NCBI GenBank assembly: GCA_902797625.1
Contig: CADBTU010000036.1
Coordinates: forward strand, 1 to 57,418
Length of the DNA: 57,418 bases
Source: an uncultured Bacteroidota bacterium
GTDB lineage: Bacteria; Bacteroidota; Bacteroidia; Bacteroidales; WCHB1-69
Direction of reading: 5' to 3'
In this document: piece by piece, positions 1 to 8,462 of the stretch
Numbering within the stretch: position 1 is the first letter of the stretch
Layout: the number at the start of each line of letters is the position of its first letter
The notes under the pieces: model-generated
Seen by the model: the letters and a program-made list of their open reading frames with translations, nothing else
Databases searched by the model: none
Told to the model about the DNA's origin: nothing
Made by a program: the position numbers and the translations under genes

Positions 1-1470
1 AACTTGAATTTGTTTGTCGGACTGTGTAGGCGAGAAATTGTTATTTAGACAAGTGTAGTCTCCTAAGTTATAGAAGGAAAATCCAAAATTATAACCGAAA
101 ATTGTCCAATATAAACTCGTGTGAAAAACATGCTCTTTTCTAAGTTCAAGCTCCCATATATTATTGTTTCCATAATATTTATGATAGATATAATCAGGAG
201 AGAATCGATCAAAGGCTGCTTCAAAATTTAAAAAATTCTTATGTTTTTTATTTATTATAAATCGAGCTCCAGCTGTGGCTGATGCATCATTTTTAGTATA
301 TCCAAAGAATGTGTATGAGATATTTCCATATAATTCCCAAACTCTAAATAGTCGAGCAGAAACCCTTCCGAAAATGGTAAAATTATTACCAATATAGTTG
401 GGGTGAGCAACCTCGATGTATTCGTGTCGAGCTCCCCCAGAAAATCTGAAATAATAATTTTGGTCGCTCAGAGTATCAATAGGGCTATAATTAGACCATT
501 GTAAAGAATTAGATATTTTGGTGAATCTTACAGTGTCGAAAGTTGTATCTGTGTTGATATAATATGTGTCATTATAATACAAATTGTTAAGATTGTAATC
601 GTAAAAACTACTGTTTGTATGGTCAAGTGTAAATGTATGAGAGAATGTTCCAAAGTAATGCCCAGAATTAGTCTTAATATTTATATAGTTCGTAAGTAAT
701 CCTGAATGAGTGTTTATATTAGACAGTCCATTAGGGAACATGATAGGAAAACTCGTCAGAATTTTATTTTCTTTTCTTTCTTTAGGACTTCTATTAGTGA
801 ACTCACTTGAGTTTTTCAAACCACCGTTTTCAGCTAACTTTGCATGATTTAAAATGTATCCCAATATGAAGCCATAAATCTTTTTAGGTGTTTCGTAGCG
901 TAGTACACCATCTAAATTAAAGCGATTTATGTTTTGATGAAGAAAATAACCTGAATTACGTGCACCATCCATATTTAAAGAAAAATCAAACTGACGAATA
1001 TGTTGTGCGTGAGTTGCTTTAAAAGCAATTTCATCAATCAGTCCATAAAATATACCAATTTCAGAAAATGATGTTTCTAAGTTATACAAATTGATATTAT
1101 CAAAGGTTTTGAAGTAAAGCGGGTAGGGTAGATGAATAATGGAGAAGCCGTCTGGACGGTATGTGTTGAAAATCATTGACTTATGTGCTTGTCCGTTAAT
1201 ACCTAAAGATTGGTAAAGATTATTTGTATTTAACAGTTGGTCGTAGTTTGGAATGTAAAATAATGAGGTGTCTATTGTGTTGTATATCAAAGGATTAAAG
1301 TGTAAAGTTGGAAATTTGCTTATTAAAGTTGGCAGATAATCAGGAGAGTATGCCATAGAAGAATCAATGTGATTTTCAAATTCGTCTGAGTTTTGGCAAT
1401 AAGCGTATGAAGTTGTCAAAATAGTAACAACTATAAACAAAAAAAAACGTGAGAGCCTATTAGTTTGCAT
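1..1470 (-). CDS. Secreted outer-membrane protein, putative porin-like (start in window, 3' end runs off left edge)
   Basis: Hand translation of the reverse strand from ATG (1470-1468) gives MQTNRLSRFFLFIVVTILTTSYAYCQNSDEF... (signal peptide). It stays open for all 490 codons down to position 1. It is missing from the ORF track because no stop lies in the window. The Tyr/Asn/Phe/Gly-rich beta-barrel-like composition resembles Bacteroidota 'putative porin' proteins; the family name is from memory only. Confidence 0.6.
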   Translation of the reverse strand, partial: MQTNRLSRFFLFIVVTILTTSYAYCQNSDEFENHIDSSMAYSPDYLPTLISKFPTLHFNPLIYNTIDTSLFYIPNYDQLLNTNNLYQSLGINGQAHKSMIFNTYRPDGFSIIHLPYPLYFKTFDNINLYNLETSFSEIGIFYGLIDEIAFKATHAQHIRQFDFSLNMDGARNSGYFLHQNINRFNLDGVLRYETPKKIYGFILGYILNHAKLAENGGLKNSSEFTNRSPKERKENKILTSFPIMFPNGLSNINTHSGLLTNYINIKTNSGHYFGTFSHTFTLDHTNSSFYDYNLNNLYYNDTYYINTDTTFDTVRFTKISNSLQWSNYSPIDTLSDQNYYFRFSGGARHEYIEVAHPNYIGNNFTIFGRVSARLFRVWELYGNISYTFFGYTKNDASATAGARFIINKKHKNFLNFEAAFDRFSPDYIYHKYYGNNNIWELELRKEHVFHTSLYWTIFGYNFGFSFYNLGDYTCLNNNFSPTQSDKQIQV

Positions 1471-1481
1471 TTTATTTTACG

Positions 1482-2345
1482 TTACTTATTCAAATCCCAA
1501 AGAGTAATCATTTTGTATAGTAATGTTGCTGCAAAAACATCAGAAATTTTGTTCTCAATTTGCGGACATAGTTCAACGATGTCGAAAGCTACAACATTAC
1601 GTTGGGTAAAAACTTTATTAAAAAACTCTAATGTTGGGTACCATTGTAAACCACCAGGTAGAGGTGTGCCAGTGGCAGGAAGTATTGAAGGGTCAAACCC
1701 ATCTAAATCAATAGTGATATATACGTTTTCTGTAAGCCTACTGATGGCTTCATCCATCCAAGATGTTTGGTTGTGAATGTTATGTGCGTAGAAAATATTT
1801 TCAGGAACAATATTCTTTTTTTCGTCAGAACATACATTACGAATACCAACTTGTACAACTCGTGCAACTTCTTGTGCTCTACGCATAACGCAAGCGTGAT
1901 TGTAGGGAGAGTTGTGATAACTGTCGCGCAAATCAGCGTGTGCATCAATTTGTAACACTGAAATATTTGTATGAATATCCGCCATAGCCCTAATGGCACC
2001 TAAGGAAATAGAGTGTTCACCACCAGTGAGAATAACTCTTTTTCCAATTTTATTAAAATGGTTAACACGATTATAAACCGATTCAATCATATCCTGAGGT
2101 GTTGAGAGGTTGTAGTTGAAATGATCGGTAAATATTCCAGATTTCCAAGCTTCGTGATTGTATTGAATGTCGAATAATTCAAGACTGTCGGATGCGTCGA
2201 GAATAGCTTGTGGACCTTTGTCAGCACCTTTTATAAAAGTACTTGTTCCATCATAAGGAACACCCAATATCACATATTTAGCAGTTTCGAGGTTATATAA
2301 AGATTCGTCATCAAAATCCAAAAAATTATTCATCTGTTTTATCAT
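1482..2345 (-). CDS. speB: Agmatinase (arginase/ureohydrolase family)
   Basis: 287 aa with the arginase-family Mn-binding motifs GGEHSISLG, QIDAHADLRD, ITIDLDGFDPS and DIVEL. The length is typical of agmatinase. Confidence 0.85.
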   Translation of the reverse strand: MIKQMNNFLDFDDESLYNLETAKYVILGVPYDGTSTFIKGADKGPQAILDASDSLELFDIQYNHEAWKSGIFTDHFNYNLSTPQDMIESVYNRVNHFNKIGKRVILTGGEHSISLGAIRAMADIHTNISVLQIDAHADLRDSYHNSPYNHACVMRRAQEVARVVQVGIRNVCSDEKKNIVPENIFYAHNIHNQTSWMDEAISRLTENVYITIDLDGFDPSILPATGTPLPGGLQWYPTLEFFNKVFTQRNVVAFDIVELCPQIENKISDVFAATLLYKMITLWDLNK

Positions 2346-2371
2346 ACTTCTTATAAATATTTTTTACTGAT

Positions 2372-3529
2372 TTATACAGAAACCTTTGCTAATTGGAAGT
2401 AGAGGTCTGTTAAGATTAGAGATACGTTACCGTATCTGGTAATGTGATAAATAGCTTTGTTACACAGTTCGTACATCTGTGAAACCTGTTTAAGTTGGAA
2501 TTTTCCATTGAATTTATCTAATACATATTGTTCTTTATGAGTTACTTTGAGAATCTCTTTGTTGTTGGTGTTTGATAGTAGAATGTTTCTCAACATCTTT
2601 AGAGAAAATGCAAGGAATTGTTTTTGGTATTCACGTCCTTGTGCCGATATGGATGATATAATTTCTGTTATTCCATTATAATTTATTTCATGAAGTGATA
2701 ATCTATGGGCAAAAGCAAAAATACTATCAAAAAATTGTTCAAAATATTCAAGGAAATCAGTTTCGTCCTCATTGTTAGATGCAAGTTGGCTAGCTTTAAT
2801 ATAATCTCCATTTGCAATAATCGCTATGTCGTTAGCCTCTTGTTCTGTTAATTCTGGAAAATCCTTTAATAAATTTGAGCTGATAGAAGAATCAGATAAA
2901 CGAGTGATTTTTATCAATTGTGTTCTGGACAAGATGGTATTAAGAATCTTGTCTGGTTCTTCGGAAATAAGTATAAACAAAGATTTTTCTTCAGGTTCTT
3001 CAAGTGTTTTTAATAGTTTTGGTGCTGCGTCTCTATATAATTTGTCGGCACCCCAAAGTATATACACTTTGTATCCGTTTTGAAAAGAACGCATACTATT
3101 GTAATACAATATGTTTGAACAATCGCGAATGTTGATGCTTGGTTGTTTGTTCTCACCCTTAAGTTCGTTTAACCAAGAATTGATGTTGACGAAAAAGTTA
3201 TGTTTGAATACAAAGTTTCTAAATTCGTTGGCTAATTTTGAAGATTCTGGGTCTTTTTTAATATTTTCGGTTATGCAATTAGGAAAATATAGATGCAGGT
3301 CTGGATGTGCTAAGTTTGCATATTGTTTACAAGATGGACATTCTCCGCACGAGTCTTCATCAGATGGATTTTCACAACATAGATATTGTCCAAGTGCAAT
3401 TGCCAAAGCTAAAGCGTGGCTTCCTGGATGAGTTAGGAAGAATTGAGCGTGAGCTATTCTTCCAGTTTGCACTAACTCTAACAATTTGTTTTTGAGATTT
3501 TGATCAATAAATACGTCTTTGAATTGCAT
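2372..3529 (-). CDS. holB: DNA polymerase III subunit delta'
   Basis: Motifs GRIAHAQFF, the Zn module CGECPSCKQ...HPDLH, and LLKTLEEPEEKSLFILIS...ILSRTQ. The track start at 3565 is a TTG overlapping the upstream gene. ATG at 3529 (MQFKDVF...) fits the family N-terminus. Confidence 0.8.
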   Translation of the reverse strand: MQFKDVFIDQNLKNKLLELVQTGRIAHAQFFLTHPGSHALALAIALGQYLCCENPSDEDSCGECPSCKQYANLAHPDLHLYFPNCITENIKKDPESSKLANEFRNFVFKHNFFVNINSWLNELKGENKQPSINIRDCSNILYYNSMRSFQNGYKVYILWGADKLYRDAAPKLLKTLEEPEEKSLFILISEEPDKILNTILSRTQLIKITRLSDSSISSNLLKDFPELTEQEANDIAIIANGDYIKASQLASNNEDETDFLEYFEQFFDSIFAFAHRLSLHEINYNGITEIISSISAQGREYQKQFLAFSLKMLRNILLSNTNNKEILKVTHKEQYVLDKFNGKFQLKQVSQMYELCNKAIYHITRYGNVSLILTDLYFQLAKVSV

Positions 3530-3540
3530 AGAAATAAATT

Positions 3541-4128
3541 TTAGTGTTTTATTTTCTCCAACCAAGAAATATCGTTTGTGTTTACATAGTTGTCAAGTTT
3601 ATTGAATAGCTCGTCTAAATTTGTGGCAGTGATTAAAAGACTATGATGAAATGGTCGAAGAAATCCTTCTTCAAGAAACCTGTCTAACTGTTTTAATAGA
3701 AAGTCGTAAAAGCCCAAATAATTGTATATCGCCACAGGTTTATTATGTAATCCGAGTTGAGCATCTGTTATCATTTCGAAGAGTTCGTCCATTGTGCCGT
3801 ATCCGCCTGGAAACACAACAAAAGCATCGGATTTCTCTTCGAGAAGTTGTTTACGTTGACTCATTGATTCAACAATTATCATTTCGGTGAGATTGTTTGC
3901 TAAAACTTCACCTTCTTTAAAGAACTTAGGTGCAACTCCAACAACATTTCCACCTTTGTCAAGAGATGCTTGCGCGGCAGCTCCCATTAAACCTATTGAA
4001 CCACCACCATAATAGATTGTTATACCGCGCTCAGCGCACATACTCCCAAATTTGCTTGCTTCTTCAGCATACGCTGGGTTATTGCCTGTTGATGAACCAC
4101 AATAAAGTGCTATATTTTTGTATTTCAT
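3541..4128 (-). CDS. LOG family protein (TIGR00730-type nucleotide 5'-monophosphate nucleosidase)
   Basis: 195 aa with GGGSIGLMG and the signature PGGYGTMDELFE. Confidence 0.85.
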   Translation of the reverse strand: MKYKNIALYCGSSTGNNPAYAEEASKFGSMCAERGITIYYGGGSIGLMGAAAQASLDKGGNVVGVAPKFFKEGEVLANNLTEMIIVESMSQRKQLLEEKSDAFVVFPGGYGTMDELFEMITDAQLGLHNKPVAIYNYLGFYDFLLKQLDRFLEEGFLRPFHHSLLITATNLDELFNKLDNYVNTNDISWLEKIKH

Positions 4129-4853
4129 ATAACCTCAAGTTTTGTTAATGTATGATAAAATATTGATACTAAAAGGTATCCGAAAATTATTAAAGGGAAA
4201 GCTCCTAAATTGAAAAGAAAGAATAGAGAAATACCAACAATAAGTATTATGTATCGAGCAATGTTCATCCTTGTGAATTTGAAATCTTTGAATTTCATTG
4301 ATAGCATATTGATAGGACTTACCAAAAGGAAAGCAAACGATACAGCAAAAAAAAGTACAACCCAATAATTATGAAGTATGGATACATATTCAGAAGCTGC
4401 TGGCACAAAACCTAAAAACAGAGCATTGGCGGGCGTAGGCATTCCAATGAAGTTCTCATTCTGCTTCGTGTCAATATTGAATCGTGCTAATCTTACTGCG
4501 GATAGTGCTGGAACTAAAAAAACTGCATACTTCAAATATGATATTGTCGGTGTTTGGAATCCTGTTGGCAACTGCGAAAAACAAACGTTCAACCACATAT
4601 AAATAATCATAGTTGGAGCTACCCCAAAAGAAATAATGTCTGAAAGAGAGTCTAACTCTTTGCCAATTGTTGAGGTTACCTTTAATAATCGCGCACTCAA
4701 TCCGTCACAAAAATCGAAAATTGCAGATATAACAATCCATATTGCTGCAAATGTCAAATTTCCATTTAGTGAAGAAATTATCGAAAAACATCCACAAACT
4801 AAGTTTAGGCATGTTATTGTGTTGGGTATATGCTTTTTTATTCCTAAATTCAT
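4125..4853 (-). CDS. pssA: CDP-diacylglycerol--serine O-phosphatidyltransferase (CDP-alcohol phosphatidyltransferase family)
   Basis: Multi-TM protein with the CDP-alcohol motif DFCDGLSARLL...GKELDSLSD. Its stop overlaps the LOG gene start by 4 nt. Confidence 0.85.
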   Translation of the reverse strand: MNLGIKKHIPNTITCLNLVCGCFSIISSLNGNLTFAAIWIVISAIFDFCDGLSARLLKVTSTIGKELDSLSDIISFGVAPTMIIYMWLNVCFSQLPTGFQTPTISYLKYAVFLVPALSAVRLARFNIDTKQNENFIGMPTPANALFLGFVPAASEYVSILHNYWVVLFFAVSFAFLLVSPINMLSMKFKDFKFTRMNIARYIILIVGISLFFLFNLGAFPLIIFGYLLVSIFYHTLTKLEVI

Positions 4854-4859
4854 AATAAA

Positions 4860-6188
4860 TTATTTCAATACCCAATATTGTTTGTTAACGCTTTTGGCAA
4901 AAGTTTCAGCTTCATCTTCATTGTTGAATATACCAATACAAACACGCAAGTTTTTTAAACCATCTTGTACTACAATCGTGGGATTGTATTTGTCTAAACT
5001 TTTTTGTTTGATGTGGTTTTCAATATCTTTCTCGGTGTAAAAACTACCAGCAATAGCATAAAAATATCCTTTTTCGAATTTTATATAATTGTATTTTCCG
5101 TCTTGAGTCTGTTTAAGAATTACGGGTTCTACCTCTTTGTTGATCTCTTCCACCTCTTCAATACTTTCACTTTCTGTTTCTTGAGTTTCTGCCTCTAAAA
5201 TGATACTATTCTCAATAATATTGTCTTCGGATATAGTAGGCTCAATCTGTTCTGTATTCTGTTTTATATTACGAATCTTTTCAAATTGAAGTATTAACTT
5301 ATCTTTAAAAATAAAACATAGAACTCCGAGAACAATAAATAGGAGCAGAAGTATCCACAACCACGCAAATTTATGAGATTTATGGTGTTTGTTATCATCA
5401 TTGTTGTTGTCAATATCATCATCATATTCTTCTTCTTTGATGGCAATATCTTCTTTGTTTTCATCTTCTTTTTCTTCAGTTGTATCGTTATTATACTCTT
5501 CAACAGGAACTTCAATATCTGATAATGTCTTAGTTTCAAGATTATTATTTGTGGTAGTTAACTCTGCCTCAGATATGTTATCAGTTTCACAAACTTCCAT
5601 CTCGGCATCAAATTCTTTTTGCGATGAAGTATCGGGAGTTGTTTCGAGATTTGATTCTTCAATTTGAGCGATAGGTTCGATAACGGTGTTGTTGTCTGAT
5701 AAAGTTGTTTTTTCAGAAGTTTGTTCTATTGTTTCTTTAGTAGGTAGATCGTCAAAATCATCAGATGCTGGTACTTCGTTAAAAAGTTGTTTTATATCGA
5801 TAGCTTCAAAAGAATCAAATCTTTTATTGAGTTCAGGGATAAAATCACATTGAAAGGAAATATTTCCTTTTTTATCGAGCATAAAAGTTCCGAAGTTCTC
5901 GAAATTTATAGATTTATTGTTTTCTAAGGCCGCAAGCAATTCATCTTTCCAAGCAGTTATTTCTTCATTAGCTTCAGTGAACATACATTTTTTTTCGAAG
6001 CTTATGGTATCAGCAAGCGAATAGTTGTTAGCAAGATCTAAATTTTGAGAAAAAATTACTTCATAAAAAGGAGGATAAAACATTTTTTTATCTGTTGTTG
6101 CGTGTTTAAGACTTATGGTGAAATCACCGAGTCCGTTTATCACTGCATTTTCTCCTTTTTGAAGGGTTTTGATTATATAGTTTATCAT
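4860..6188 (-). CDS. SPOR-domain protein with HU-like N-terminal domain, acidic low-complexity linker and one TM segment
   Basis: The N-terminus (INGLGDFTISLKH...) is HU-fold-like. The middle is long and D/E/N-rich, followed by the TM segment FAWLWILLLLFIVLGVLCFIF. The C-terminal ~75 aa (YYAIAGSFYTEKDIENHI...RVCIGIFNNEDEAETFAKSV) resembles a SPOR peptidoglycan-binding domain. Confidence 0.6.
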   Translation of the reverse strand: MINYIIKTLQKGENAVINGLGDFTISLKHATTDKKMFYPPFYEVIFSQNLDLANNYSLADTISFEKKCMFTEANEEITAWKDELLAALENNKSINFENFGTFMLDKKGNISFQCDFIPELNKRFDSFEAIDIKQLFNEVPASDDFDDLPTKETIEQTSEKTTLSDNNTVIEPIAQIEESNLETTPDTSSQKEFDAEMEVCETDNISEAELTTTNNNLETKTLSDIEVPVEEYNNDTTEEKEDENKEDIAIKEEEYDDDIDNNNDDNKHHKSHKFAWLWILLLLFIVLGVLCFIFKDKLILQFEKIRNIKQNTEQIEPTISEDNIIENSIILEAETQETESESIEEVEEINKEVEPVILKQTQDGKYNYIKFEKGYFYAIAGSFYTEKDIENHIKQKSLDKYNPTIVVQDGLKNLRVCIGIFNNEDEAETFAKSVNKQYWVLK

Positions 6189-6195
6189 AATTTTG

Positions 6196-6930
6196 TTAAA
6201 TCAATAGATTAGTTATTTTTTTTAGATCTTCTGGTGTATCGACACCAATTCCTTCGTAATTGCTTTCTAAAACTTTTATAGGATAGCCATTTTCTAACCA
6301 GCGTAGCTGTTCTAATTTTTCACAAAGTTCCAACTCAGAAGGTTGAAGCATGGTGATTTCTTTCAGTGTTTTGAAACGGTATGCATAGATTCCAATATGT
6401 CGAAGATAGCAAGGTTTAGAAGAAGAGTCTTCACGAAGGAAAGGAATTGCATAGCGACTAAAATAGAGAGCATTTCCGTTTTTAGTTTTTACAACTTTTA
6501 CTACGTTAGGATTAGTAACTTCAAATTTATTAAAGGAAGGGTTTGCGAGTGTTGCAATTACAACTGTTGACTCATCAAAAGCGGATGATATAAGAGATAG
6601 CTCTTTTGAAGAAATCATTGGTTCATCGCCTTGAATGTTTACTATAATATCACTATCTTCTGGATTGAAAAATTCTGCAGCTTCACGACATCTGTCGGTG
6701 CCCGAAAGATGATTTGGTGATGTCATAATAGCAATTCCCCCGAAAGCGGAGACGCATTCAGCGATGCGAGAGTCTTCTGTAGCTACTGCAATTCGATGAA
6801 TTCCAGAATTTTTAACTCTTTCATAAACATGCTCAATCAAAGTTTTATTGCCAATACGAACTAATGGTTTTCCAGGAAACCGAGAAGAAGCGTAGCGTGC
6901 AGGAATAATTCCAATGATGTTTTTTTTCAT
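6196..6930 (-). CDS. kdsB: 3-deoxy-manno-octulosonate cytidylyltransferase (CMP-Kdo synthetase)
   Basis: 244 aa with IIPARYASSRFPGKPL and NIQGDEP motifs. Full-length family match by eye. Confidence 0.9.
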   Translation of the reverse strand: MKKNIIGIIPARYASSRFPGKPLVRIGNKTLIEHVYERVKNSGIHRIAVATEDSRIAECVSAFGGIAIMTSPNHLSGTDRCREAAEFFNPEDSDIIVNIQGDEPMISSKELSLISSAFDESTVVIATLANPSFNKFEVTNPNVVKVVKTKNGNALYFSRYAIPFLREDSSSKPCYLRHIGIYAYRFKTLKEITMLQPSELELCEKLEQLRWLENGYPIKVLESNYEGIGVDTPEDLKKITNLLI

Positions 6931-7430
6931 TGTTATTGTTAACTATGTTGCAAATAAATAATTGATAAACAGTTGTTTAACAAACGTTATCAACTAATTT
7001 AGTTAAGGCTGTAAAGATACAATTTATATTAGTATCTCAATATGTTATGCTGTTTTATTGCTGTCTGCAAAAAAAAAATATTTTTTCTAAAATCGCAAAT
7101 ATCTGTAAATCAGCTCGTAAGTAATGTTTTTTTGAGGATTGATTATCTATGGAAACGGTCGAGCGTGCGTGAAACTTTGTGGCGGGCAGCAATAAAATTT
7201 TACTTTAATCTCTTTTTTATAAAGCTCTATTGTTGTACGAGTTACAACGTGCAAGCGTAAGAAAAAATGCAAAAACTATAGTTGCCGTTTTCGCAAAAAT
7301 TAGTTTATAGTTTTTTTTTAGATAAAAACCAAATTTTTGTATCTTCGCGCCGTTCTTTTTGAACCCCTATTATTTAGAAGTGTTGAATACTGACTATGAG
7401 TTTGAAAGTTAAATAAAAAATAGAATAAAG

Positions 7431-8102
7431 ATGAAAAAAACATTAACATTAGGAATTGTATTGGTGCTATTATGTACAAGCTTTTCCGCTAAATCGCAAT
7501 CAGAAATGACAAAAGAACAAAAGGTAAGTTACGCTATTGGAGCAAATTTTGGAACAAATGTTAAGCAAGATGGTATAGACATTGACTATGATGCTTTCGT
7601 TCAAGGAATGAAGGATGCTATTGCTGGAGAGAACAAATTTAATGAACAGCAGATGCAAGAAATCTTTATGCAGTTGCGTGAAGATTTAGAGATTAAGAAA
7701 AAAAATGGTGCTGCCGCAGAAATTGAAAAAGGACGCAAATTTTTAGAAGAGAATAAGAAAAATCCAGAAGTGAAAGAGACAGCATCAGGCTTGCAATATA
7801 TTGTTCTTCAAGAAGGAAAAGGTGATAAACCAACAGCAACAAGCAGTGTTACGGTTCATTACACAGGTACTTTACTTGACGGAACAGTTTTTGATTCATC
7901 AGTTCAACGTGGTGAACCTATTACATTTGGATTAAATCAAGTTATTCGCGGTTGGACAGAAGGTTTGCAGCTTATGTCTTCTGGTGCAAAATATAGATTT
8001 TTCATTCCCTATAACCTTGCATACGGCGAACAAGGTGCAGGCGGAATGATTCCAGGAGGTGCAACTCTCATATTTGATGTTGAACTCATTAGTTTCGATT
8101 AA
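7431..8102 (+). CDS. FKBP-type peptidyl-prolyl cis-trans isomerase (FkpA/Mip-like, secreted)
   Basis: Signal peptide, a helical N-domain, then the FKBP core [16 protein letters not shown]...[12 protein letters not shown]...LIFDVELI. Confidence 0.9.
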   Translation: MKKTLTLGIVLVLLCTSFSAKSQSEMTKEQKVSYAIGANFGTNVKQDGIDIDYDAFVQGMKDAIAGENKFNEQQMQEIFMQLREDLEIKKKNGAAAEIEKGRKFLEENKKNPEVKETASGLQYIVLQEGKGDKPTATSSVTVHYTGTLLDGTVFDSSVQRGEPITFGLNQVIRGWTEGLQLMSSGAKYRFFIPYNLAYGEQGAGGMIPGGATLIFDVELISFD

Positions 8103-8103
8103 T

Positions 8104-8397
8104 ATGCGCAATATCCTAACGATACTCGTATTGTTAGTTGCTCTATCTTTCCCTACCTTAACCTCAGCGCAACAAGATTGCCAAGAAGTAGATTGCGTGG
8201 GTATTTGCGGAAGGTTTGTGGATGAAAATAACGACGGATATTGTGATCACGGCTTCCTTTCTGAAGTTTTGAAAGCTCGGGAGGAAAAAGAAGAAAAATC
8301 AAAGAAAAGAGCGATAGTCGTAGGTGTCTGTCTCGGAATATTGGCTGTCGCGGGAGGCGCAACATTAGTTGTATTAAGAAAAAGAAAAGATACTTAA
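8104..8397 (+). CDS. Small Cys-rich, C-terminally membrane-anchored protein (hypothetical)
   Basis: ATG at 8104 gives MRNILTILVLLVALSFPTLTSAQQ (signal peptide). This is followed by CQEVDCVGICGRFVDENNDGYCDHG, a charged linker and the TM anchor AIVVGVCLGILAVAGGATLVVL-RKRK. The track start at 8059 overlaps the FKBP gene and was rejected. Confidence 0.5.
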   Translation: MRNILTILVLLVALSFPTLTSAQQDCQEVDCVGICGRFVDENNDGYCDHGFLSEVLKAREEKEEKSKKRAIVVGVCLGILAVAGGATLVVLRKRKDT

Positions 8398-8437
8398 AAG
8401 TATGTAGAGACACATTTTTGTGTCTCTACATACTTTT
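8396..8437 (+). terminator. Perfect 19-bp hairpin (4-nt loop) straight after the small ORF's stop codon
   Basis: AAAAGTATGTAGAGACACA-TTTT-TGTGTCTCTACATACTTTT read directly from the sequence. The 3' arm ends in a T-run. It lies 26 nt upstream of the argS start. Confidence 0.65.
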
Positions 8438-8462
8438 AAGTTAGACAAAATATATTATTTTT

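Noticed and set aside
1465-1999. Track ORFs 1465-1776 (+), 1703-1999 (-) and 1767-1955 (+).
   Set aside because: They lie inside or antisense to the well-supported agmatinase gene, have no recognisable motifs and have odd composition. They are shadow ORFs.
5294-5667. Lys-rich 81-aa (-) and Ser-rich 92-aa (+) ORFs.
   Set aside because: They are alternative-frame and antisense readings of the D/E/N-rich low-complexity linker of the SPOR-domain gene, so they are compositional artefacts.
7042-7260. 72-aa ORF in the large kdsB/FKBP spacer.
   Set aside because: It has Cys/Phe/Lys-rich nonsense-like composition, contains an A10 run at its 5' end and has no promoter box in front. The region is treated as possibly RNA-structured instead.
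8059-8103. Longer start for the small Cys-rich ORF.
   Set aside because: It would overlap the last 44 nt of the FKBP gene. ATG 8104 gives a clean signal peptide.
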